Part shown: positions 23,321-32,000 of the stretch, piece by piece
How the letters are laid out: each line of letters starts with the position of its first letter
Position numbering within the stretch: position 1 is the stretch's first letter
From: Wallemia ichthyophaga EXF-994
Lineage: Eukaryota; Fungi; Basidiomycota
Direction of reading: 5' to 3'
Length of the DNA stretch: 32,000 nt
Assembly (NCBI RefSeq): GCF_000400465.1
Contig: NW_008806280.1
Location: 480,001 to 512,000 of the forward strand
Notes under the pieces: generated by a model
Database searches by the model: none
The model's input: the letters and a program-made list of their open reading frames with translations, nothing else
Told to the model about the DNA's origin: nothing
Program-made: the position numbers and the translations under genes

Positions 23321-23718
23321 TGTGTTTGTATATGAAATATTGAAATAAGAGGCTCATAACGCATGGCTTTTATTTACCGGCAAGTGCCATGTGAGAGTAG
23401 CTGATGTCCGACTCGGGTTTCGTCTGCAAATTTTGATTGAAGCCCTATCAAAGAGAAGAACCACAGGGCTGTACTAGGAAATGCGCGAAATCTTCAGTCG
23501 GCTAGACTATTCAATCAAAATTTATCGTCATGTTCGACAATATCGCATTGCGTCATAGGACTTCTTTCCACTATAGGTGTGTCGGGGGCTGGAAGTAGGT
23601 CTGCGCAGTCCAACTAAACAGGATTACAAAAAATAGAATTATGAAATTTGACCATCTTTACCATTCTGCTCCCTTCCTATGGAGTGGCGAAAATCATAAT
23701 ATCGTGTGGGATCAGTGA

Positions 23719-23753
23719 ACGTCATCTTTTTGGAGTGAGCTGTGGGCTATAAG
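23719..23753 (+). promoter_or_regulatory. CRE/M26-type site (ACGTCAT = reverse complement of ATGACGT, 23719-23725) plus TATA-like TATAAG (23748-23753) upstream of the small gene at 23800
   Basis: Exact match to the ATGACGT ATF/CREB heptamer 75 nt before the ATG, with a TATA-like box about 50 nt before it. Function is inferred. Confidence 0.4.
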
Positions 23754-23799
23754 ACACGGCCAAACTTTTGTCTTTCTACACTACTCTCATCATAAAATA

Positions 23800-24123
23800 A
23801 TGACTGGCTCTAAGAACGAATTCTCCGGTGGCGCATCTGATGCAGCTTTAAAGCACGAGGCTGAGAAGAAGGGACTTGGTGGGTGCATTTTAAGCTCCTA
23901 GTAGCCATCTAATAAAACTCTAGGCACTGGACCAGGCCACGAAGCTGCCAAGCCAGCTGAATCAACCTTCAAGCAAGCACCAGTCATCAACGACGCCCCA
24001 GTCGTGACTGGTATCGATGTCAACAACAAATCTCACGGAACAGACTCCCACTCTGGTGCTGCAGGTGCTGATGGCAACATCGAAGTTTCTGGCGGTGCAC
24101 CAACCGGCTCTACTGCCAACTAA
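23800..24123 (+). CDS. Small Gly/Ala-rich hydrophilic protein (hydrophilin-like), 92 aa; exons 23800-23878, 23924-24123
   Basis: A 45-nt intron GTGGGT...CTAAT...TAG joins the two exons in frame: MTGSKNEFSGGASDAALKHEAEKKGLGTGPGHEAAKPAESTFKQAPVINDAPVVTGIDVNNKSHGTDSHSGAAGADGNIEVSGGAPTGSTAN. A-rich start context and biased codon use (AAG, AAC, TCT, GGT/GGC). Confidence 0.8.
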
Positions 24124-24670
24124 AATTATGAAAAGTAACGATCAGTACTAATTGCATTGTATTTGACTAATGAATTTAAACCTTTATACGCGCACATCGA
24201 ATGTTAGAGTAGTGTATTTCTAACGGAGAAGATTGTCAATTGTGAAACAGACATTGACAATGTTATTAGAAGTGTTTCAATGCCATCCGTACATCAAGTT
24301 TGCGAACTCGAATTATGCTTACCGCGTTTGTGAATTACCCGTTAAACTTGCTCATATTCAAATAGCAAAGATTTCTTTGGTTATCTTGTGAGGCTATAGG
24401 ACTAATAAGTTGAGCGCTATTCTGGCTTCTGTGCTAGGCTGTTTCACGTTGAATAAAGACTAACTCACGTCTATAAGAACGCTAGTGGGACACGCGCTGC
24501 AGATTAATAAATGTAACATCTATAATTACGTGATGATTCGAAAGGTCAGAAGAAAAGAGCTTGAAATATATATAGATTTGCACTGTATTGTCAAATATGT
24601 CTTAATCTTCCAAGGTGCGTAAAATGATAAATGCAGAACGAACAGCTTGAAATCACAGATCATACTAGTA

Positions 24671-26408
24671 TTATATTCGTATCTTTCCAGGTCTCGAACC
24701 TGTCATGCGATACCAAAAATTTAGAGCTTGTTGACTGAGAGTTTGTGCTTTTGATATTTATGGATGATTAGACAAGCTATTATGAATTTCCAAACACTCA
24801 CGCTGCTGGAAATGCTGCCATTCGTTCCTTTTTTCTTCGTCGTCGAACTCTTCATCACTACCATCCAGATCAATCACTAGAGCGGCAGATTGGAAGCCAG
24901 CAGCGGCTACAGTGAAAGCAAAGGTACGCCTATTCCATGAAAAAGACACGGGAAGTGGTTCAGCGATAAAGTCATCGCGGGTGTGATCCAAGTTAGTCAC
25001 ACCCAATCTCCCTCCCTTCTGCTCTCCCCAAGCGCTCACCTCGCCATCACGCGTGAGTAGCAAAGCGTGACCATCTCCTCTCGCAAACTCTACAGCATTA
25101 TTCACTCCAAAAGGCTTTGGTTGAGCGTCATCTGTGTTTGCCATGCCTTTCAGTAGCACGTTGTGCCGGTTGGAAGATGCGTAGAGTGAGAATTGAGTTT
25201 GTGAGCATGTTATGTGGCTGATGCGGGGTTCTTCAGCGCCCTCTGGCAGTAATTTTTGTAGCTTATCTGGAGCAAAGCTCTTCATCTTAAACTTTTTGTC
25301 AGCACTGCGCGTTCGCTAACGCAAAACCCACCTCATTCCATCTTTTGCTACCGTTTATGAACATTTCATTGATATTTTGTACTCTCTCGCTTCCCCTCAG
25401 ATCGGGCCTGCCGCATATGAAGTCCATCCTATAAAGCCTATTTGATGCTGTGAGAGCCAGTACGGCATCTTTAGCATTGGATATTTGCACAACACTCTCA
25501 TTTCTGATGGGTGGGAGTGTCACACTGTCCGGTTCAAAGTCGAAGGGACGCGTACTGAGACTTTCTCCATGAAAGACGTCTTGTACAGTTTGCCTCGGTC
25601 CAGCTCTATATCCAACCGTGTAATCCTCCCGTAGAGAACAATCATGAGGCCAGAAGATAATTATGGTGCCGCTCTTGAGGAGAATGGCAGAATGTCTCCA
25701 CCCCGCTCCTATCTGTACTATTGAGTCATTTTCAAGGAAAGGATGAACGATGCGATGTGGGAGAGCGCAGCATATTGACTGATAGACATGTCCATTATCG
25801 GTCAAGAACAGGGCATGAGCACGTCCGGCGCTGTGACTAAGTCAGCAGTGCACACCACTCGTAACCCACTCCCACCTCACGTCTACTGTGCGGAAAGGCA
25901 GGTCAAGTCTAGTGGGTTTCGTGACCCTCAGTCCAGGATTTCTATAGTCAGGGTTCCCGAATGGGACGGTATCACCTCCATACTCGCCCCAGAAGACGAC
26001 CTCACCTTTGCAGCCCAAACCATGGAACGAGGTGTTACCCGCGACGATTTTGACGAGGTCGATACCAGCATCGATGCAAATTGGCGATGGGACGCAGTTG
26101 CCTCTAGCCATGCGCTTATCGTTTAAGTCAATACCAAGGCGACCACTGGCAGCTACACCCCATACGTACAGCTGAGGTGAGAGAGAACGTCTGTATATTG
26201 TCTGCCAGTCCAGCGGACGCTGCGATTGCGCAAGGATGCGCAGTGCGATGTAGGGCGAGTGTGCGTTGAGCTTGCGTTTCCATATGGTTGGTTCTAAGAT
26301 GAGCGCGTGGAGACTGCGCGATGAGCTTCCAATAGCGAGAATATCGCCAGCTTTCAGCAGCGGGAAGATATCATCGAGGACGATTTCAGGTGGCAGTCTA
26401 TCGAGCAT
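24671..26408 (-). CDS. SAF1-like F-box/RCC1-repeat SCF adaptor, copy A, about 530 aa (exons 26408-25876, 25830-25332, 25285-24802, 24747-24671)
   Basis: F-box MLDRLPPEIVLDDIFPLL; RCC1 blades LYVWGVAASGRLG, KIVAGNTSFHGL, VSAGRAHAL, QIGAGWRHSAIL, FARGDGHALLLTRDGEVSAWG, VAAAGFQSAALV. Confidence 0.85.
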
Positions 26409-26516
26409 CTTGGTGGGGTTAATGATAGCCGTGTGCGATAGCTGCGATAGAAATCAACAAGTAATGTTTGTATTCGCGCATTCCATATAATCCTGCTCCT
26501 CATATCTTCCCTTCCG

Positions 26517-26557
26517 CAAGACGAGGTGTCTCACGCGGTCGCTGAAGCAGGCCACTT
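26517..26557 (+). other. Remnant of MAD1 5' coding sequence upstream of SAF1 copy A
   Basis: 26534-26557 CGCGGTCGCTGAAGCAGGCCACTT versus 30748-30771 CGCGGTCGTTGAAGCAGCGCACTT (21/24 identical), at the equivalent position relative to each SAF1 ATG. Confidence 0.7.
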
Positions 26558-26982
26558 GTGAATATTGTGAAAGTGTAGAAAGCCAAATGGCTTTTATATT
26601 CATTTGTCTTTATATCTTTTGCTATCTTTCTCTACAAAAAGTTCATGAATGCATACAATTCACTCAGTATGAATATGGCAGTGGTCTTGAGGAAGAACTT
26701 ATTGACCAAAATTTCCGTAGCAATACGGCTGACTTAAAGCCGAACAAATTTATTATTCTTCTAAAAACGATATAGACTACAAGATGCTGGAAAGCGCATC
26801 ATATCGCATAATGAACATGACCGAATAAGTCGTTCGTGTACAAGGTAAACAATACTAGTAGTCTGTCTTTGCAAGAATGCTGTTATTACCTTGCGCTGCT
26901 ATGCTAGTTCTCCTCTACATATCACAACCATTTCACTCAGACTCAAAACTGACATCAACTTGCGCAATAAAGATATCAAGAA

Positions 26983-28302
26983 ATGTCCGTTAACAAAGTG
27001 CCAGTAGAGATTTGGGAAGAAATACTTGAATGGTGCTTTATCGCTGATGACTGGGCTATCGGCAGCAACTTGGCTCAAGTGAATACAAAAACAAGATCAA
27101 AATTACTATCGACGCCCATACCCTGGCGCAGAATCTACATCAAGGCCGTCGAACTCCTCGATCACGATAGCGACATCAGGGAGTCGTATGAGGCGTGGGC
27201 GAGTTTAATCAAAGAGAGATCAGAGCATTCCGTGAAATACATACACCTAGATATTCTCTATGCACCCGAAAACAAAAAGTACAAGCTACTTCATACCTAC
27301 TCTCTCGACAATCTGTTGAATCCATTCACTTTACTGCAACTAGACACACTCATATTCACCTCTGGGCAGCCCTATGTCGAGCTATTTAGTATACCAGCCA
27401 AACACATCATTGCGCGGCACACGGGCCTCGACGAAGATTCTGATCCTATCGCCCTACACCTCAATAACACAGTGGAGACGGTAGATTGCGAGGATGTGGT
27501 GCTTCGATATCCTGATATATACACTGGTAATGTATCGACATCACTCAGATCTGCCAGGTCGAACTTTGTGGGTAGAACGAATGCTATTATGAAAAGCAAT
27601 CAGTGGACTGGAGATGATTTTAGAGACTGCGCCACGGCATACGACGATGAACATTTCGATGTTATCTTCTCTAGTCCGAAGCTCGAATCTCTCACAGTCA
27701 TTCATTCAGACGCCGCGACGTGGACGACGAATAAAAGCATGGCTCAGCTCAAATCACTCACTGTTAGCAATAGCCACTGCGACTTTTTTTATAATGTTCG
27801 CATGCCGAATTTGGAGAGACTGACACTCGCTGATTGTTTCAGTATCCAGTCTAATGATTTAGCTGTCATGCCTGACTCAATTAAACACCTGGCGGTCATA
27901 CGCACTGAAACTCCTTATTATTATCACTACCTACCTAATATCATTTCGCTTAATTTGGAGGGTTCCCCTTTGGAATTGGTTCACTGGGTGGATCGACTGC
28001 TGAATGTACAAAACCATAACTTAACATCGCTCAACTCTCTCAAAGCACTCAACATCTCTTTCACATGTGTGGATTTTGAAACGGTGCTTGAGATAGCCAA
28101 GAGGCTCGATCTGGACCAATTGGTATGTGATATGCCCCCTGGTGAGGGACTAGAGGGATACATAAGAGACTTTGTTCCTCATGTTTGGACGAGCATAGAG
28201 CAGTATTATGAGGATGTTGAGAGAAATGATGATCTGGAGCAGTACTTCTTCCCTGCGCCAGTGGAACCTGGTATACCACCGGATTCAGATGAGGAAACTT
28301 AA
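26983..28302 (+). CDS. F-box-like protein with C-terminal LRR-like repeats (439 aa, intronless)
   Basis: VPVEIWEEILEWC F-box-like start; LxxLxL repeats LESLTV, LKSLTVSNS, LERLTLADC, IISLNLEGS, LKALNISFT. Confidence 0.7.
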   Translation: MSVNKVPVEIWEEILEWCFIADDWAIGSNLAQVNTKTRSKLLSTPIPWRRIYIKAVELLDHDSDIRESYEAWASLIKERSEHSVKYIHLDILYAPENKKYKLLHTYSLDNLLNPFTLLQLDTLIFTSGQPYVELFSIPAKHIIARHTGLDEDSDPIALHLNNTVETVDCEDVVLRYPDIYTGNVSTSLRSARSNFVGRTNAIMKSNQWTGDDFRDCATAYDDEHFDVIFSSPKLESLTVIHSDAATWTTNKSMAQLKSLTVSNSHCDFFYNVRMPNLERLTLADCFSIQSNDLAVMPDSIKHLAVIRTETPYYYHYLPNIISLNLEGSPLELVHWVDRLLNVQNHNLTSLNSLKALNISFTCVDFETVLEIAKRLDLDQLVCDMPPGEGLEGYIRDFVPHVWTSIEQYYEDVERNDDLEQYFFPAPVEPGIPPDSDEET

Positions 28303-28438
28303 GTGAATTCAGCTGTAACAATATGAATGTATTTATCGCTTATTTTGTTGTTTGTTACGTGCAATTTATTGATACCAAACATCCACCAGGTAATCTTAAC
28401 GAATCAAATAGCAATCTCAGCTCTAAATATACCAACCA

Positions 28439-28760
28439 ATGACAATTACAAATTACCCATAAAGATCTGGGAAGAGATCGTCGAACTTTAGTATGATGCT
28501 GACGACTGGGGGTATCGGAAGCAATTTTCAAGGAGTCAATAGAAAAAATAAAAAAATAAAAACCGGTTCTATGAAGAGTTTGGTATTATCTGCTCTAGTC
28601 CAGAGCTACAAAGCTTAAAGTGTAATGATTAGAAATGGGTAAATCTCTCGGGGCCAATTTGAAATCGCGAATACTTAGTATAAAATTTAGCAATCACCAC
28701 TGCTTGACCATGACCTGATACTTCCTCGCATAATGTACCTGAACTTATTTCTTCCTAATG
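28439..28760 (+). pseudogene. Degenerate tandem copy of the 26983 F-box/LRR gene
   Basis: Reads MTI/KLPIKIWEEIVEL*YDADDWG/IGSNFQGVNRK (cf. KVPVEIWEEILEWCFIADDWAIGSNLAQVNTK), then jumps to FYEEFGIICSSPELQSL (cf. YDDEHFDVIFSSPKLESL) and FSNHHC (cf. VSNSHC). It carries frameshifts, stops and an internal deletion of about 180 codons. The right boundary is approximate. Confidence 0.85.
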
Positions 28761-28830
28761 ATTGACGTCATCTTTTCATAAATTGATACAGTACAAAATT
28801 GGTGAATGGATAATTAACGAAATCGTAGCA

Positions 28831-30673
28831 TCATCTCTGTGTCATGCCAGTCCTCATACCGATGAAGCGCTGGACAAAGGAATAAGCATGTTGAGTGAGA
28901 CTGTTTGCTTCGGCTGTGTGTGGGGGGATGGTGTGAGGTGAGTAAGAATGAAAGAAAAGAGAGAGGAAGGTACGTACGCTGTTCATCTTGCTGCCCTTTC
29001 TGCTCCTCCTCGTTCTCGTTCCCCTGCTCCTGCTCATATTCCTCCCCATCGCCATCATCGCCATCATCGCCCTCAAGATCGATGACGAGAGCGGCAGAAT
29101 GCCAGCCAGCAGCGGCGACGGAGAAAGCGAAGAAACGTTTGCGAGTGCCGCCGTCACCTTCACCATCGCTTTTGAAGGAGACGGGGAGAGGATCACTAAC
29201 ATCGCCATCGCGGAGGTGGTCCAAACCGTTTACACCAAGTTTACCACCTTTCTGCGACCCCCAAGCACGTACGTGTCCGTCACGCGTGAGCGCGAGAGCG
29301 TGGTAATCACCTCTGGCGACATCTACAACATTGTCCAATCCAACGAGCGTAGGCTGACTGTCATCTCTAGTAGCGTCGCCTGCAAATACGGCAAAATTGC
29401 GGTGGATGGAGGGTGCATAAAGGGTGAACTGACGGAATGAGCATGTTATGTGGCTGAGATGAGGTGCTTCATCGCCGTCGGGAAGCAGTTTCCGCAGGTT
29501 CTCAGGAGCAAAATGAGTGAGCTGTAGTGTGTCAGCATTATACAACCCCGCAACACCCAATCAATGGTCAACCTACCTCATTCCACCGCCGACTACCATC
29601 GAGAAACATCTCGTGCATGTCACGCACCCGCTCGCTGCCGCGCAAACCACGTCGTGTGGACAGATCCATCCTGTAAACTCTACCAGAAGCAGTGAGGGCG
29701 AGCATAGCGTCTTCTGCGTTGGCAATCTGGGCGACAGACTGGCCGGGTATGTGAGGTAGTGTGACGGCGTCTGGTGTGTAGTCGAAGACTGAGGCAAGGA
29801 TAGTCCTCCTACCCCCAGCCCCATCAGCCCGACCATGTGCATGCTGTCGCGGACCGGCGTCGTGCGCCACCCTGTACTCCTCGCGCAACAGACAATCATG
29901 AGGCCAAAAAACGAGAATGGCGCCGCTGGTGAGCAGTAGTGCGGAATGCGTCCATCCAGCGCTTATCTGAGCAATTGCGTCATTTTCGAGACATGCGTGC
30001 GTGATGCGCTGCGTGAGCGCGGGGGATATCGACTGGTAGACGCGGCCTTTGTCGTCGGTGAGGAGGATATGAGCACGACCTGCGCTGTGAATTTAATAGG
30101 TTAGTAGATATCACAACACACACCGTCCACCCACCTCATATCGACGGTGCGGAAAGGGAGTTCGAGAGTAGATGGAGTGGCTACGCGCGCGCCAGGATTC
30201 CTGTAGTCTACATGACCGAAAGGGACGATATCACCGTTGAACTGACCCCAGAAGACGACTTGTCCGTTGCGACCGAGAGCGTGGAATGACCAGCCACCAG
30301 CAACGACCTGGACAAGATCTATACCGGTGCGTATGGGAATGGGAGTGGGAACACAGTTACCGCGTGCTATGCGTGGATCGTGGAAATCAATACCGAGGCG
30401 CCCATTGGTGGCTACACCCCAGACGTAGAGCTGAGGAGAAAGGGCGCGCTTGTAGATGCGCTGCCAGTCGAGGTTATGAGATTGGGATGATTGAGTTAAT
30501 ACACGTAAAGCAATATACTTTGTTTGTGCGCTGAGCTTGCGTTTCCAAATCAGGGCATCGAGGATCAAGGCGTGGAGAGAGCGTGAAGAGCTGCCAATAG
30601 CAAGAATATCGCGGGGAGAGAGGAGAGGGAATAAAGAATCGAGAATAATTTCAGTTGGAACTTTATCGAGCAT
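28831..30673 (-). CDS. SAF1: SAF1-like F-box/RCC1-repeat SCF adaptor, copy B, about 557 aa (exons 30673-30135, 30084-29577, 29521-28978, 28913-28831)
   Basis: MLDKVPTEIILDSLFPLL F-box; VVAGGWSFHAL, VARGDYHALALTRDGHVRAWG, VAAAGWHSAALV. Same three intron positions and phases as copy A. Confidence 0.85.
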
Positions 30674-30695
30674 TGATGGCGGTTGATCAAATACA

Positions 30696-32000
30696 ATGGA
30701 CAGTCCCAGTAAATCACTTAAACGAAATCACAACCAAGATGATTTGTCGCGGTCGTTGAAGCAGCGCACTTACGAGACTAGCATTAGTAAATCACAGTAT
30801 GAGCGTAAATTACTGGCATTTGAAACGACAAAGAGAGAATTCGAGATAACGATGCGGGAGAAGAATCTGCAGCATGGAAAATTGGTTAAGGATATCTCTT
30901 ATTATAAGGACAAGGCGGAGACAGCGCACAAGGAGAAGGACGCGGCTCTTGCACTGGCTAATCAGAACAAGACGGAGAATGATAAAACACAGAGCCAGCA
31001 CAGATACACGCTTGGTCAATTAAAAGAGGAGAATATTCAATTGAAAATGGATTTGGACAGCCTTCAATCACAGTACACACGCCAAATCCATTCCAAGGAT
31101 TCTGTGATTAGTTCAATCGAGCATAGGTGTGCTTCTCTAGAAGAAGATCTTCATTCTGCCATCGAAACTTCCAATCTGAGACAATCCTTACTCGAAAATA
31201 CCCGCAGGTCGTTGGATACCCTCGAACAAGACAAGTCATCGAGTAACATTGACTCCTCACACGCTTACACCTCTTTCATGCGCGATGAGCTCTCTAAGCA
31301 GTCCTCCATCAACAAACATTTGGAATCCCAGAACAAATCGTTGAACAGAGACTTGAACGGGCTTAAAGAGAAGTCTGCTAAATTTGACGTTCTTAGAGAG
31401 GAGAAATTGGCGCTCTCCTCTAAACTAAAGATGCTCGATAGAGTAAGCACGCAGTTGTCCAGTGTGGAGTTGGAGCGTGATTCCTTACTTAAAGAAAAGG
31501 AAGGCTGGCAAGATGTCTTACAACCAGGTGAATCACCTGCCACTGTAACCACCCTCATTGCACAGCTAAGACTGGAGAATGCCACTCTCAGAGAGAGTGT
31601 AGGATCAACCAACGCTGATAAGAGTGGTCACTCTACAGAACTAGCTCAGTTGCTGGACCAAATCGACAGTCTGAGAAAGGCAGAAGCGCAGCTGCAAATT
31701 AACGTTGAGAAACTCACCACCTCCACCACAAGCCAGTACAGACTACTAGAGTTGTCACAACAGGAAGTGTCCTCGCTGAAGAAACAACTCGACACAATAC
31801 TATCAGAAGAAGAGACACTTAATGCTCACAAACTTGACACTCTTCATCACGACAGAATGGTTGGTTTGGAGGGGCTATTGCAGCAGCACAAAAGCGAGAA
31901 TGAGAAGCTGGCAAGAGAGATGTTCAATCTGTCCAAGAGCACAACGACTGACACGAGTAATGAGAAAGCCTTCCAACTCAAGATAGACCACGCTGAGCAG
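30696..32000 (+). CDS. MAD1: Spindle assembly checkpoint protein Mad1, N-terminal part (runs off window end)
   Basis: Not in the ORF track. Open coiled-coil frame from ATG 30696: MDSPSKSLKR...MRDELSKQSSINKHLESQNKSL...DVLREEKLALSSKLKMLD...EKEGWQDVL...SPATVTTLIAQLRLENATLRESVG, matching fungal Mad1 (EL..Q......LE..N; vL.EEk..L..K; W; P......L..LRle.a.L.e..G). Confidence 0.8.
   Translation, partial: MDSPSKSLKRNHNQDDLSRSLKQRTYETSISKSQYERKLLAFETTKREFEITMREKNLQHGKLVKDISYYKDKAETAHKEKDAALALANQNKTENDKTQSQHRYTLGQLKEENIQLKMDLDSLQSQYTRQIHSKDSVISSIEHRCASLEEDLHSAIETSNLRQSLLENTRRSLDTLEQDKSSSNIDSSHAYTSFMRDELSKQSSINKHLESQNKSLNRDLNGLKEKSAKFDVLREEKLALSSKLKMLDRVSTQLSSVELERDSLLKEKEGWQDVLQPGESPATVTTLIAQLRLENATLRESVGSTNADKSGHSTELAQLLDQIDSLRKAEAQLQINVEKLTTSTTSQYRLLELSQQEVSSLKKQLDTILSEEETLNAHKLDTLHHDRMVGLEGLLQQHKSENEKLAREMFNLSKSTTTDTSNEKAFQLKIDHAEQ

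Noticed and set aside
24525-24620. GTGATGA C-box-like sequence (C/D snoRNA)
   Set aside because: No downstream CTGA D box or terminal stem was seen at a suitable distance.
26587-26775. 62-aa ORF between SAF1-A and the F-box/LRR gene
   Set aside because: No similarity to neighbouring genes that I could see, AT-rich, and no motif; likely a chance ORF.
2811-32000. A functional cell-division gene cluster (sororin-like, BUD4, myosin, MAD1)
   Set aside because: The genes are interspersed with unrelated housekeeping genes over 29 kb, a density plausible by chance in a gene-dense genome. Only the shared motif is reported.

Overview
Eukaryotic DNA from a very compact basidiomycete fungal genome. The 28 inferred GT-AG introns are 41-81 nt long and genes are tightly packed, a style suggesting Wallemia (inference only). 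I reconstruct 18 protein-coding genes: SPT7 (partial), EFG1, a DHHC palmitoyltransferase, a sororin-like protein, an RluA-family pseudouridine synthase, phosducin-like PLP1, ATP23, a 971-aa hypothetical protein, a GPI-anchored Ser/Thr-rich protein, Bud4-like anillin, a membrane J-domain protein, a short-tailed class V-like myosin, an HSD17B10-like SDR, a 92-aa hydrophilin-like gene absent from the ORF track, two SAF1-like F-box/RCC1 paralogs, an F-box/LRR gene and MAD1 (partial). There is also one F-box pseudogene and a perfect 23 x 34-bp minisatellite. No rRNA, tRNA, CRISPR array or transposon was recognised. The most notable points are: (1) a probable sororin homolog with D-box, KEN box and C-terminal motif; (2) a myosin-V-like motor with about 2 IQ motifs and no cargo domain; (3) five head-to-head gene pairs whose start codons are only 22-66 nt apart; (4) a TCAACCG motif upstream of all four cell-division genes; (5) an F-box birth-and-death cluster whose duplication direction can be read from a stranded MAD1 fragment. 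All gene models are manual and lack transcript support.
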